Of a DNA stretch of 64,000 nt, positions 12,369-26,800 are shown one piece after another. This DNA is from Paraspadella gotoi. Lineage: Eukaryota > Animalia > Chaetognatha. Location of the stretch: NCBI GenBank assembly GCA_051294375.1, contig CM119269.1:9794782-9858781 (forward strand), written 5' to 3'. The position numbers and the translations under genes were made by a program. How positions within the stretch are numbered: position 1 is the first letter of the stretch; each line of letters begins with the position of its first letter. The notes beneath the pieces are model-generated. The model had not been told where the DNA came from. It searched no databases and was given only the letters and a program-made list of their open reading frames with translations.

Positions 12369-13783
12369 CCTTTGCCATTCGCCCCCTTGGTGTGGTCATA
12401 AATGGGTCCAGTCCCGACGGAGAGCGTCTCCCCCGAGGCCCTCGTCCACTTGAGGTTCGCGTTGGGCGATTGAGTCCAGTCGCAGGAGGAGAATTCGAAG
12501 TCGCAGGAAATGTCCGGGGGTTCGTCTGGGGGTAGAGATGATGGAAGGGGGGAGGGTTGTTGTTGTTCATCTTGTTGTTTTTGTTGTTGCGAATGATGAT
12601 GTTGATGTTTTTGTTGAGGATATTGTTGTTGATTTTGTAGTTATGGTTGTTGTTAAAGTTGTTGTTACTGTTGATGATGGTGTAGTTGATGTTGTGGTTG
12701 TCGTTGTTGCTGAAGTGGTTGTTGTTAATGGGGTTGTTGTTTCAGATGTTGTTTATGAGGTTATTGTTGTTATTTTTGTTGCAGTTAAAGCTGTTGATAT
12801 TGTTATGTTGTTGTTGAAGCAGATTGAGGGATAAGGATTTTTAAAAAGCAAAACAAATATAAAGAAAAAAAAAACATTGCAAATTATGTAAATAAATAAT
12901 TATAAAAATTTATATGTACTGCTTCATCTCATCTTCATCATCATTATCATCACCATAATCATCATCTACATCATCATCATCATCATCATCATCATAATCA
13001 TCATCATCATCATCATCATATACTCTTTAGACGAAATTAAGAAAAGACAAGACCAAAAGCAACTAAAGTCACCGACCGAGCGGATTGCAGTTGGTCAACA
13101 GGATATCGTCAAAGGCGACGACAGATGCAGTTGATGGGGCCGGCGTCGTCGTCCTGGCAGGTGCAACGTCGAATTCCAGATGCCACCTGCCTTTCATGTA
13201 GTCGGCAAAGTCGCGTCCCAGGTAAACCGTCGCCTCCCGCCATCTTGAATTTTGAGGAAATGTGTGGGGAAACATTTTTTTTTTTAAATTCTAAATTAAG
13301 CACGAACTATTTAAAATTAGTCAATTAGGGAGCTGAAGAAAGCTTTAGTAGAAAATGATTGTCACCAAAAATAATAAATTCAAATTAAATTTAAATTTAT
13401 AATATATAATTATTAATTTATAATAATAAATAAATTCAAATTAAATTTAAATCTACGTCCTCCTCGAATTTCAAAATAAGATTCGGTTCATCCAATGTGT
13501 TGCGTCGTAGCGAAGTGAATTTATTTTCATGTGTATTTCTCGTCACATGACATGACATGACGCGACATGACATGACAACAATAACTGAGACAGAGAGAGG
13601 GCGAGGGAAAGAGAGACAGGAAGAGAGAGAGAGAGTGAGCAACAGAATTTAATTCCCTCAAATTCTTCCCGGATAATACAATGCATTTCATCTTTTTCGT
13701 TTCTATGATTTTCTTTGATTGAACAAGAAAACCTTTAAAGGCTTAAAGTCACATGGTTACAAAGTCACATAGACAGAAGAGAG

Positions 13784-13854
<71 letters not shown>

Positions 13855-14279
13855 AATTGAATTCCCTCAAGGTACAAGGATATTTTTACGTAATTCCTAT
13901 AGTAAACATTTTTGCTCAATTCTCATCTTCAACCTGACCAGTCCTGACCTCCATTCAACTCAACTTTTCACCAGCCTCCATTACTCGCCTATACATGTTC
14001 CGGTCGACCTTGCCAGACCAAGCCAGGTATCCATAGTACTGGTCAGTGTGCCAGATCCACAGTCGTATTTCATCGAAGATGTAACCATAAGCGAAATACC
14101 AAAAGCGCATCTCACACACAGAGGAGACGCGCGAGTGATAGATGGGACCTTCGAGGTAAGAGTTGGAGAGGAAGCTGTTTCCACCTGTTGGATGTGGAGG
14201 AGGCGAAAGATGGGTAGGGAGGGGTTGAGGAAATGGGGTGGTGAAGATAATTAGGGGTGGTGGTAATGTATAGGAGATG

Positions 14280-14366
<87 letters not shown>

Positions 14367-16421
14367 CTTTGTTTCAAACAGGGTCGAAACACGAATCTCT
14401 GGGTTGTGTAGCAGATTAATTTGTGAATTATTTCAAATGATATAGAGCTCCTCAATCTCATTTGCATATTGTCGTATTCTGATTAAGTTTTGTTTAATTT
14501 ACTTTCTAATGCCCTGAAGGTTTATTATTGATATGGAGCCGATCCATGGCTGCTGAGGGGATATATATATACGAAGCGCCTTATTCACAATTTTACTGTG
14601 GCAAATGAATATGTTGGTTTGTGGTTCCAAGCATCCTTCCATTTAAGCCACTTTTAAAAAGAAAAATTTAAATATAATCATAGTCATTTACCGTTTTCGA
14701 GATAAACGTAATAACCGGAGGAGTTTGACATCGTGTGATCAACCACTGGTGATTCTTTGTTCTGGTAACCTCTGTCCAAAAAAAAGGATCAATTAAGTAT
14801 TAAGTACTGATAAATAATAAACATTTCCATATTTTGCATTTGAATAAAAAAAATGAAAGTTAACAATTAATAACTAACTTTGCCCTGACGAACGAGTAAT
14901 CTCCGTAGGACTGATCTGTCCATCCCATCATTCCGTTTTGAAAATCTCCCGAACCGCAATCCTGGAGGCGAATATTGATAAAATATAGTCTACGTCAAAA
15001 TATTTTCATAAAGAGAGTATAGATATTTAAAGTAGTATTTATTAACTGTTTTAAAACATGTTTTTATTATTATCAGATTTTACTTCCAAATAAAAAAAAA
15101 ACGAGCAGCGAACAACGACAACAACAACCATAAAACAACAGCAGCAGCGGCAGAAAAAATATCAATAACACTAGCAAAAACAACAACGACAATAAGGAAA
15201 AAAATCAACAACGACAATAAGGAAAAAAACAACAACGACAACAACAACCTTCTCGTCCCGACCGTCGACGCAGTCTTTCCTAAAGTCGCACATCTTCGTC
15301 TTATTAAGGCAGACGCCGTCGCCGCAGTCGAGCAGATCCGCGTCGCAGGGCGGCAGCGTCGGTGGCGGCGTCGGCGGCTGTGGAGGCAGCGTCGTCCCTT
15401 TGGCCAAATTACATCCGGGGCCGAAGAGGATGTCGTCGACAGCGACGTCGCCGCGGTAGGCGTAGACAGAGGCGGAGATGATGATCTGAAGGAGAGGGAG
15501 GAGAAAAAAAAAATTGGAGGTAAGGAGAGGAAGGAAGGAAAGAAGGAAAGAGAGAAAAAAGAAAAAAAAATAAGAAAAAAAAAGGTGAAAATGAGCTGAT
15601 ATATACTAGAGTAAAAATGCGCGAGAATATTCTTTGATAATGATAATCTTAAGCATTTTCTGACGTTGACGATCGTTTTATCTTCACCTGGAAAGGCTTG
15701 TCAGAGGTCAGTGTGACCTTGGCTCGGTTCCACACCATCCCTTTGTGACCCCATTTGTGCCAGATTAGATTTCCGGCTCCATCACTGGTGGTTCGTTGGA
15801 AGATCTGAAAAAATAGAGAGAAGAAAAGATATTTAACATATTTAACCATTCACGCAGCGGTTCACAATTCACAGGTTTATGAGAAAACAAAACAAAAAAC
15901 TAAATGTACCTGCAAATCCTCGATGTGATCTCCGTTCATGTGATAGTGAAAGACCATGTAACATTCGGCAGCATCTGTAATTCGTAATTTCGAGTTAAAT
16001 GAGATTAAAGACGAAGTCTTTTTACATCAACGATTGATTTGATTAAAAAAAGGTTGATATTTAATCTCATTTATTTCTAAAAACAACTAAAACAATTTTA
16101 AATTTTAAGTTAAAACTTTGAATTAGTCAACGTTTACAATTTTTATATTTTTTTACATTACATTCTTAAAACTAAATTCACCTTTCTTATTGGTCGCTTT
16201 CCAAACGGGACTCAGTAACCTAGCAACGTCTCCTGATGAAATTAATGTGATTGAATATTAATGAACTAAATGCAAATAACTTGTGATTGTGAGGACTTCA
16301 TCTGACTCAAATCACGCAGATAACGTCGAATCACGTGACTAAAAAAGTCTGACCTGTTCTCGCGGGATAAGAAGTCTCGAGGTAGACGTAATGTCCCGTT
16401 TTCAAACCCGTCGTGTGGTCT
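12369..16421 (-). CDS. MAM and LDL-receptor class A repeat protein (MALRD1/MAMDC4-like), downstream exon block
   Basis: GT-AG exons at ~16353-16421 (RDHTTGLKTGHYVYLETS), ~16182-16233 (DVARLLSP), 15910-15975 (CYMVFHYHMNG), 15688-15803, 15248-15484 (GDVAVDDI plus LDLa CDFRKDCVDGRDE), 14878-14961, 14692-14771, ~14009-14184, ~13076-13245 and 12369-12525 (SCDFEFSSCDWTQ...GPIYDHT). The last MAM domain is incomplete in the window. Confidence 0.9.
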
Positions 16422-16680
16422 CTGTAAATGATAAGGAAGAAAATCAAAATCACATATTTATATTTGTTGTACCAATTTCATAATTTTATTACAGATAATC
16501 ATCTCACTACAACAGAATCACCGTGAATCTAAAAATTATCTTTTTCAATCGACGACTACAAACGACATTTAGGCTGCGATTTCGTCATCAAACTAAATTT
16601 TTTAAAAAGGAAGAAAAAGTCATTTTTGTATCGGTTTTTGTTCGTCAGTTTTTAAATTTTGTTTTAAGCTAAAGGAAAAA

Positions 16681-17914
16681 ATGGCGAAAGGAAAAGGAAA
16701 AAAGAAAAAAGACAAAGGACCAAAGAAGAGGAAACTTAAAGCTCCTCTCTTTTCTCTTTTCAACATGGAACTCTTGATGACGGGCAAGAAAATTCGTTTA
16801 TTAATTTATTAATCTATTCGTTCATTCGTTCATTCGTTCATTCGTTCATTCATTCCTTAATTCATTCACTCTTTCACTCATTTCGACCATTTTTAAATTG
16901 TTTCATTCATTCTTTAATCTGTTTATAGATTTTATCTCTCATTTATCCTCTCAGTGATTGATTCAATTATTCCTTCATTCACTTTTTTATATTCATTCAC
17001 TCCTTTCTTTAATCATTCATTAATTCATTCATTCATTCGTTCATTTTTGTCATTCAAACAATTATTTTTTTAATGAATATATCGATTGTTTGATTCATCA
17101 CTTCTTTCATTCATTCTTTCGTTCATTCCTTCCTACATTCTTTCATTTATTCATTCATTGATTCATTCTTGCATCGCTTCCGACAGAGTATCTCGACAAT
17201 TTCCACAAATGCGACAAGGAGAGCGACAAGGTGGAGGCCATCCCGAAGGAGATGTTCGGGAAAGCCTTGAGGATGTGCGGAGTCATGCCGTCGGAGAAAC
17301 TCATCGACCTGTTGGGCGTGAGTAAGAGGAAAATTCGGCACTATTTTACGAAAGCGACCCATTCCTGTTCATAATCCCTGAAAGTACTTTTGATCCAAAT
17401 ATTTAACCCCAATATCTTATTAATTATTAAAAGAATTAATAACCCTAATACTTGGTTTTAATTCTTGACCCTAACCTTATTACTTGACCCTCACTTATAA
17501 CCTAACTTAAACCCTAGCCTTAATCCCCTAACTAACCCATATCCTAACCTCTATCTCGAAAACTTCCTCTTTTTAGGAACGCATAGAAAAGCAACAGCCA
17601 ATCATGACTCCACCTCCTTCCGACGACGAGTGGGAAGATGAAGAAGAAGAGATCGTTTTTACTGAAGAGGAGATGGCGATCAGAGCCGCGTTGTTAGCGG
17701 GAGAGAGTAAGGGGTTTCTTTGTAGGGGAGAGGGTAATCAAGGGGGGCAGAGAGGGGGATAGTACGGAAAAATCAGGGAGGTAGAGTAAAGGGAGATTTG
17801 AGAGAATTATGAGGGCCAACTTAAAGGTATTAAAAAAAAACATGGGAGTAGAGTAGTTGGCTTGCCGGATGGGATTACTTTTTACATAGAAGGTACAAAA
17901 ATGACCTACATTTT

Positions 17915-17972
<58 letters not shown>

Positions 17973-20307
17973 TTTTTTTAGTTTTTTTTAATATTAATAT
18001 AGCCAAAATAAATATTAGTTTAATATTAAGTTAAAAATTTTGATAAAGGTAAAGGTTAACGATTTTTATTATGGATTGATTTAAATATTTAATAAGAGGT
18101 TTAGATTATAATTAATTTTGTTTTCAAAATTTGGAACAGAAATAGGGCGCTTTCAGAAAGTAAAGCCAAAACGGACAGAGAAAGAGACTGCTAGGAAAAC
18201 ATTGGTATGAGACCAGAACAATAATCGAAAAAAAAAGTATAAATAACGACGCTAAATGTTGTTTTTCTCTCAATTACCTTTCTATTGTTTTGTATACAAT
18301 AAATACTGTTTGTATTCTATTCCCGTTTTAATTTTGCTATTTTCTTTCACATCCGTATTTTCACTTATATAACTTCCTTTAACATCCGGGTGACAGCGGC
18401 GACTGAAATAATAAAAAAGAAGAAGAAGAAGAAGAAAAGAAGAGAATCAGATGAGGAGGAGGATGAGGAGGAGGAGGCGGAAAGAGTTGAGTATTAAATT
18501 CGCTTCCGTTTAGTTTTACTTTTATATATTTTCTCTTCTTTCTTTTTTTTTTAATATAATTTTTTTTCTTCTTTCTTTTGTCCCCTTATCATCGTCTCTG
18601 CTAATATATCGCTTTACTCCAAAAATCTGTCAAAGGGTAAAAGGGAGTAAATTTTATTGTCTTTCTCTCTCTCTTTCCCTCTCTCTCTCCCTCTCTCTCT
18701 CTCTTTCTCTCTTTCTCTCTTTCTCTCTTTCCTCTCTTCCTCCTCTCTTTCACTTTTCTCTCTCACTCTCCAACCTTTTCTCCGTCTTCCTCCTCCCACT
18801 CTTTTCTCCCTCCCTCCTCCCTCTTCCTTTAATCTCTCACTCTCTCCCTTTCCTCCTCCTCTCCTTCCTCCCGCTCACTCTCCCCCACTCCGCTCCAGCT
18901 CCGCCTGGAAGAGGAGCAACGCCTGGCGGAAGAGAAACTCAGAGAGGAAGAGGAGCGACAGAGGAAGGAGGAGGAGGAGGCGGCCAAGAAGAAGAAGCCT
19001 CCGAAGAGAGACTTGAATTGGCCAGAGTCGAGGAAGAAGGAAGAAATAAAGAAAATAGCGAAAATGAAATTGAGATTCAAAAGATTCATTAAATGGAGCT
19101 GAGTTTTTGTCGGAGTAGGAGGAGATTGGAGAGAGAGGGAGAGGGGAGAGGAGGGGGAGAGGAGAGGGAGGAGGAAGGGAGGAAAGGAAGGGAGCGAGAG
19201 AGAGAGATTTGATTTGATTTGATTTTGATTTAATATGCTCAAAATGTGAATGTTTAACACAGAGAGAGAGAAAAGAAAGAGAAAAAAACCCTTTTTTTAG
19301 GTAATGTGGTGCTACGCGACGGACACTCAATACACGGGAGAGGACATTCTTTGGGCCTTCAGGACTCTTGACCCCAAAGTAGATTACGAGATGGAACCGG
19401 TGAGTCGAAAGCATGTCACCATAATTTCACTGTCATGTCAAAAAAGAAGACTGACTTGCCATATCAGTCGGATTGTTTCATATTCTTTGTTAATGATGAC
19501 AAAGTTGATGACAAAGTTCATTTATAGATTCGTGCCGCTATTGCCACGGTGTCACGTCAGTCTTAATGTTCCACTCGAATCCTGTCACGCTCTTTGTCAC
19601 CCCCAACAGGTGTGGCCCTACGGCGCCGACGAGCCTCTTGTACCGACAGACGAGATCGATAACAAAATCTGCGCCGGTTTCCTTATTGGCAGACAGGTCC
19701 GTTCATATCTGGGTTCAATCACTTCATCTGCGATCTTATTGCTTCATTTAGAGTAAAATCGCTTTATTTAGTGTATAATTGCTTTATTTAGGGTATAATC
19801 GCTTTTTTGGGGGGTTTAATCGCTTCCTTTGGGATCTAATCGCTTTTTTTAGGGTAAAATGGCTTTATTTAGGGTACAATCGATTTATTGGGGATTTAAT
19901 CGCTTTATTTGGGAGTCTCTTAGCTTCATTTTTGGTCTAATCACCTTTCAGGTCTCATCTTGTGATTTCGGGTCAAATTGTTTCCTCTGATCAAGTTTAT
20001 TTTTCAAAATTTTGACATTTAAAACGTTTTATTGTAGCTTTCAATCATTTGATTTTCACAATATTAATTCGTTTTTGTTTATTTCAATTTTATTATTTAC
20101 AATCCTATTTGATTCTTCGATTTTTTTCGACCTTCCTCGCAGGAGAGATTCCTCGAGAAAGAGTTGAAGAGATTTCTCAAAATGGCAGACTTTAAAAAGG
20201 AGGGAATCTTCAGCTACAAGGAGATGGTTGAAGACTACAACAAGGAAGCCAATTACAGGATGGGGGTCCCGCCTAAGAAGAAGAAAATAAAAGTGAAGGA
20301 AACATAG
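16681..20307 (+). CDS. Calmodulin-like EF-hand protein A with Lys-rich termini and a charged insertion; nested antisense in a MAM-gene intron
   Basis: Exons 16681-16783 (GC donor), 17187-17317 (EYLDNFHKCDKESDKVEAIPKEMFGKALRMCGVMPSEK), 17577-17706, 18397-~18485, 18899-~19114, 19301-19399 (GEDILWAFRTLDPK), 19610-19696 and 20143-20307 (ERFLEKELKRFLKMADFKKEGIFSYKEMV). Aligns by eye with calmodulin helices; indels occur near 19096. Confidence 0.8.
19700..19960. repeat. 20-bp degenerate intronic minisatellite
   Basis: Unit ~AATCGCTTTATTTAGGGTAT, about 10-12 copies. Confidence 0.8.
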
Positions 20308-20686
20308 GGGAGAGGGAGAACGAAAAGAGAGAGAGAGAGTGAGACAGAGAGAGCGAAATAATAACAATGTGAAATATTCGCTATACGATCCCAATCATCT
20401 ATTTGACTACCGACGAAAAATTACAATATAAATCCAAACTGTTTTCCTGGAATTGATTTTTGATTTACGAAATTAGTCTAGCGATTACAGTCAACGTAAA
20501 CACTATTTTTTCCGGTCGAATAAAAACTATCTAATTTTATACTCGTCAGTTTGGTAGTTTGTAAAGTTTAAATTTAGTAGACGCCTTTAAATAGTTTTTA
20601 AGCTCGTTTTGAAAAGATAAGCAATAAAAAGAAAAGAAAAGAAAAGAAAGAAAAGAAAAAGAAAAGAAAAGAATAGAAAAGAAAAG

Positions 20687-20795
20687 ATGCCGCCGAAAAA
20701 AGAGCCGAAAAAGAAAAAACAAAAAGGACCAAAAAGAAGGAAATTAAAGAGACCAAAGTTTTCACGTTTCAACATCGGACTTTTGTACTCTGGTA

Positions 20796-20848
<53 letters not shown>

Positions 20849-23800
20849 AATTGACTCCCCCACAGAGTTCCTGGAGAATTTTCACAAATGCGACAAAGAC
20901 TCAGACAAGTTGGCGGCGTTGCCACTGGAACATCTGGCCAAAGCGATGAGGATGTGCGGATTAACTCCGACCGAGAGACTCGTTTCTGTTATTCAGGTGT
21001 TCTCATCTTGTTCATTCTTTTCTTTTCTTTCTTTTCTCATCTTTTCTTTTCTTTTCTCATCTTTTTTTTCTTTTATCATTTTTTTTATCTTTTCTTTTCT
21101 TTTCTCATCTTTTCTTTTCTTTTCTTTTCTTTCTTTTCTCATCTTTTCTCATCTTTTCTCATCTTTTTTTTTCTTTCTTTTCTCATTTTTTCTTTTCTTC
21201 TTTTTTCTTTTCTTTTCTTCTCTTTTCTTTTCTTTTCCCTTTCTCATCTTTTTTTTCTTTTCTTTCCTTTTCTTTTCTTTTTTTCTTTTCTTTTTTTCCT
21301 TTCTTTTCTGTATTTTTTTTCTTGTCTTTTTTTCTTCTTCATATATTTTAAATTCTCTTTGGTCATCCAATTTCATTTATTTTCTTTATTCTCTTCTCCT
21401 GTATCCCAACTCTATCCCTTTTTCTTTCTCTTTTCTCTGCTCCTCTTTCCCTAATATCCATCTTCCGTTTGTCTTCAACCCACTCCTCTCTCCCACTTTC
21501 TCATTCTCACTGCTCCTCTTCCCCACTTCCCCCCTTTCCCTTCCGCAGGAGCGAATAGAGAAGCAAGGAGCCGCTCGAGGACGCCGGAGCCCTTCCTCCG
21601 ATGAGGAGGAGGAGGAAGAGGAAGACGAAGCGAACTTGGCTGGAAGGGGAAGGCTGGAGCTTTTGAAGGAGTGAGGACGAAAATAGTAAACAATATCAAA
21701 CAATCAATTAGATCTGTGAAATACAAATGAATAAATCAATCAATTTACCAAAAAGTCGAGACTTAATTAATTTACACGCAAAAAATATCAATTGGTAAAA
21801 TTAAATACTCATTAATTAGGACCTAAGCTCTGACGAAAAAAGTCAGGTTTTTTAATATATCTTTGACCGGCCAATGTAGAATGATGCAATAATTGCTATT
21901 TTTTAAGTTTCAAAAAAAACTGGAACATAAATATAGAAAAATATTAACCTAAAATCTTCGGAAAATCCACCCCTTCTTTGGAAGATTTTCGCGCATATAA
22001 GATTTTTTCCGAATCTGACTCCCGGTTGAAAATCTTAGAATTCCGAATCGTTAGCTCCTCTTTCACCTTTTACTTTAAATAAAAAATTTCAGCAAAATGG
22101 ACTAATTCACTTTAACATGATCGTATCATATTTAAAATAACCAAATAAAATGTAAAGAAAAATTTTGAGGAGCCCTTCAGACATATTGCTATCGGATTCC
22201 TGAATTCGAAGTTTATTGTAAAATGACAACATACCTTAAATGCTTGACATTGTATTGAAGTGAGAAATCACTTTATTTTATATATAAAAATTGCGTCAAA
22301 AATATTTTCCCAGAGCGACCAGTCATGAATGCGAATGGTTCGATGTCAAAATGATGGTTATTTGTCAAGAGAAAAAAATGCGAGCCCTTCAGATGTAACA
22401 GGATCGGAATCGAGTGTCTTTTCAACAATCTGTTTTACCTGAATTTTTAAGGGCGTTGACATTATTTGGTAGTCAGATTTAACGAAATCTCCATTGGAAA
22501 AAGTCTTCCTCGATTTCTAAGTAACGAACGTAGACTCCTACATTAATGAAGTAAATCAGTCTTTCAGCCATTCAACAACAAATCAACCTACCAATCAATA
22601 AAAAAAATAAATAATCAATCAATCAAATCAAATTTCAGCTCCGAGTCAAATCCTAACGCGACTTGAAGAAGAAGAAGAAGGAACAGAGAAGGAAGACGCG
22701 CGACTTGGAGACGGGAGAGGAAGAGGGGAGGAAGAGGGAGAAGAGGAGGAAGAGGAAGAAGAGGAGGAGGAGGAAGACGAGACGGTCTGGACGAGGCAGA
22801 GAAGAGGAGGAGGAGGAAGGCGAGGAGGAAGAAGAGGAAGGAGGAAGAGATGAAGTGGGCGATTGAGGAAGCAGAAAGGCTGAGGCTGGTGAGGATGATG
22901 AGTGATGATGATGATGATGATGATGATTATGATCATGGTGATGACGATGACGAAGACTAAATAAAAAAATGTCGATTATGTAATCAAAAAGGGAATCGCT
23001 ATCGATTTCTCCTTTTTGCTCAATCATTTCCGGGAAAAAAATAGTTAGGAGAAATGTGTCGAAAATCGGTTCCGGAATACACTACTGGACAAATATGTTT
23101 GAAATTTTGTATATATAATTCTTGGTTGGAGCGTCAGAGAAGCATAGTAGTCACTAGAGAGACAGATGTGCGAGCGCATGAGCCTTGTCGAAGTAGTGTA
23201 TCTGAACGACGAACTCCTCAATAGCTCGGATGCTTAAATACAGCTGAGTGGGTTCAGCGGCTGCAGTCAGCTGTAGGTATACGTAGCTCACCATGAAGGC
23301 AAGAGAGCGGACGATCTAACTGCTGCCGGCGCCACTTCCGACAGTAGTGCCCTGCTCTCTCAGGGGGTTCGATATATCAACAGCATCCTCGCATCAGTCG
23401 CTCGCGATGCCAGTCGTCAGCTGCTCGTACTCAGCGGCGTAGACTAGCGTGTCTAGTGGAGCTCGGTTCTATCGGGGCTCAGAGATATTTATGTAGTGTT
23501 TTCATACAGCCGGCCATTTAACATTGACCGTGTGAGCGATCAATAGTGTAGCATATTAAATACAATGTCGTGAGGCTGGGCAGAACGATCTCGGTTTGAA
23601 AAACGTGAATCATTCTCATCATGAAGCCTTCAGTATTTGTCAGAATACTCGTGTGCAACCGCAAAGAAATCTCGGGCCCGTGTTTTATTAGAAATGATCA
23701 CTTTTCTTTCTTTCGTAAAATGTAACCAATTGTACTTCGTTCGACATTCTGTCGGCGAACAATCTTGGTAGTTGTTAGCCGTGGCTCCGAAGGAAACGTT

Positions 23801-26800
23801 TCCCTTAAATATTATTTTTGTATTGTTTACCTTATATATTATAATAGATATTACAAACCCCTGTGTTTTATATAGGCCAAAGAGAATTTTGTCAGAAACT
23901 ATCTCGAGCTAGAGTATAGTGACATGGTGGCATCGCTTTGTTTCGGTCCCACGTTTCTGTGCGCATACCGCTAACATTAAGTGGGTGGGGTGTGTGATAT
24001 TTATATGTATATTTAAGTGATAATTATAAGTAATTAAGTGGGTATTCCCCGGGGTAAAGGCCTCACATCATGCGCGTGTAGATGTAAAAACTCGACCCTT
24101 CGCTTCACGTGAAGCGAACGTCGACGTAGACGTTAATACGTATGAAAAAAATAAATTGGGTTAGAGGATAACCTGGTTTCCCCTGCATATTGACGAGAAT
24201 GCGCTATAGGAAATTTTCTCTCGTCCGCTATATATGACGTTTTGTCGAATGTAGGGCAGAAATATTTTTTAATAAATATTGACCTTTCGATTTTTTTTAT
24301 TAATTTTTTTTTACACGTTTCCGGAGGGTCCGAAGGCCTCCAATATCAAAAACGGACTGTCTAATTTTACTAACGTTGTCAGCTCTCCTCCGTCACTGTC
24401 GAGAATAATTTCTTTTTGTCGCCTGGAGATTTTGAAAGCTTGCGAATTTTCGCGTTTTCCTTTCTTGCCGGCGATAGCAACGATTTTGATTCTTTTGATT
24501 CAACTTCGATTGTGGACGGTGTTTCGCGGCCGAACCGTCTCTCTATTTTGTTATACGGCCTCGAGATTTTGCCTCCGTTTGCCGACGAAATAATGATTTC
24601 CTTTATTTTTTTTTCTAGACTCTCTCTCTCACATACGTCGCCTCCGCTTTTTCCGAAGAATTTCGACCCGTATTTTACGAAGTGAATTCTCTCTTGCCGG
24701 AGCCCTCGAGTCAAAACTTACTTTTAAACGCGAACGGAGCCGCGCGAGGCCGGAATTATGAACTAATCGCCTTTTCACGCTTAGTTTTCCTTTGCGGAGC
24801 TTCATAGCGCGATTTTTCTCGTTTAACGCGGGTGGAAGAGCGTTTCAAATGGATGTGATTATTTTAAGGATCTAAAGTTTGAAGTTTCAGTTGAAAACAA
24901 AAGGCGAAATAGCACGTCCTCGATCAATGGAATAATTTTATTTTTCGTTAAAGTCATTTACAAACGGATTCGAAACTGTTTTAAACTACGTGGAGTCTGT
25001 CCCTCTACGGTTGATTTTAAGAAAAATAAAAGAATTCCTCAACGCCGGTCTCGATCCTGCGACTTTCATCTCGGACCAATTTTCCCACGAATCTGATTTT
25101 AAACTAATTTTCATTGATTCGAAATTAAGTGTAACAACCGTTTTAACTGTCTTTTCTTTGCGATACTAATTCTAAACAAAAGTAAATAAACAAATCTTTC
25201 TATAATAAAAATTCTAGTAGCAACGATACGTTTGGACTAATTTTCGACGCTTAACGCGACTCAATGAGATTCACGATGCACGCATCGTGCGTTCAGTCTA
25301 TCTACGTCGTTATTCTTGCTTGAAATTCCGATGGATGCATCGACGCTAGAAAATCGAAAAAATAAACAACTCACGACATTCCGATGCATCGCATGGCCTT
25401 TATGCTTCATTCAACAATACCGTTAAAAATTTAACGTGATTCTAATGAGAAGAAGCTCAACCTTTCAAGTTTAAGAGACAAATTAAGTAACATGAATTCA
25501 ATTCTGCAAGAATGCCTATGACTCCTTTTTTTTTCACGAGAACGGGGTAATGAGATGAACGGGATCTTTTGAAAGACGACGACGACAACGATCGTTCTTA
25601 ATTTGGCGTTTATTTTGGGAACAACAAAACAAGAAAAAAAGGAAGAACTAAACTAAACAAAAAAAAGTAAACTTTTCGTCTTCCATTCTATTTCAAATCT
25701 CACATATGGATTTCAAACTCTCATATCTCGACTCTCAACTCTCCTCTCCTCAATCTTCACGAGGGCCGGAGCCTTTCGCCTCACACACGTTTCTCACGGG
25801 CTTGCGAATGCGACTTCTTAACTACGTCTGGGAAAAAGTCGCCAACCGACCCGGCGACGAGCCGCCGGGCTTCGCCGATCACCAAGATTCGGTTCGCAGG
25901 CTGCAACGAACGGAACAGGAGCGGCAGCTATCAGCAGCGAGGATCGACGACTTTGCTGTGCTGGATGCGCAGCAGCAGTCAGCGTCCTTGGTCCTCTTTC
26001 TCTTCACGCTGAACGGAAGAAAAGCAGCATTGGCGACAGCTGCAGCCGACGGGCAACGGTCAAAGAAAAGTTACGTCTCTTTCTGGATCGAAAGCAGCAG
26101 AGCAGTGCAGTCTCTGAAAGACGGCTGGAAAGAAATACACGACTTCTTTTCCGGGCCGATCGTGAGAAAGCGGCGAGCGCGGCGGGCGCCGCAACGCCGA
26201 CCCCTTTTCCCTGGGATCAGGTGCAGAGTGCCCAAACGATTTTTAATGAACTTTAAAGTTTTAAATTGACTTTAAAAGAATCGATGACCATGTCATTAAA
26301 ATGCGAATAATATCATAAGATATGTCACTAGTAGGGGCTGTTTTAAAAACGCGCAACTTTAATGATCTATTTTAAAATTTTTTTTTGATACCGGTATTGT
26401 AAGGTGAAACGTATGTAAGTGATGTTACATTTTGAAGGATATACAAATGGTATAGGTAATAGCAAATGGCCTAGAAAGAATGATAAGTTTTGAGTTAGAG
26501 ACATTTTGACAAAATTATTTTAAGATAAGCTTTAACAGTTGTGAGTTAGGTTAGAAGCATGCGATTTTTTAAATATTATTATATATTTAAAATCATTTTA
26601 TATAATTATTTTAATTCTATAGTAAATAGAGTGGATATTGTTTAAAAATAAAATAATTTTTGAAACTATGCAATATATTATTAGTATATAATAATATAAA
26701 GATTGTTATCTTGACAAGATTATTTGTTTAATTATATTTATCTATAGTTTATTTACTGGTCTTTGAATAAATGTAAAATGTATATATATATATGTATATA

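Noticed and set aside
12298-12570. Gly/Pro/Arg-rich, collagen-like ORF
   Set aside because: Wrong frame; the real exon 12369-12525 encodes a MAM domain start.
12538-12834. Val-rich ORF
   Set aside because: (GTT)n-type intronic microsatellite.
21817-22545. MITE with TAGGA termini; shares sequence with ~5590-5720
   Set aside because: An interspersed repeat is likely, but the TIR and TSD are too degenerate to call.
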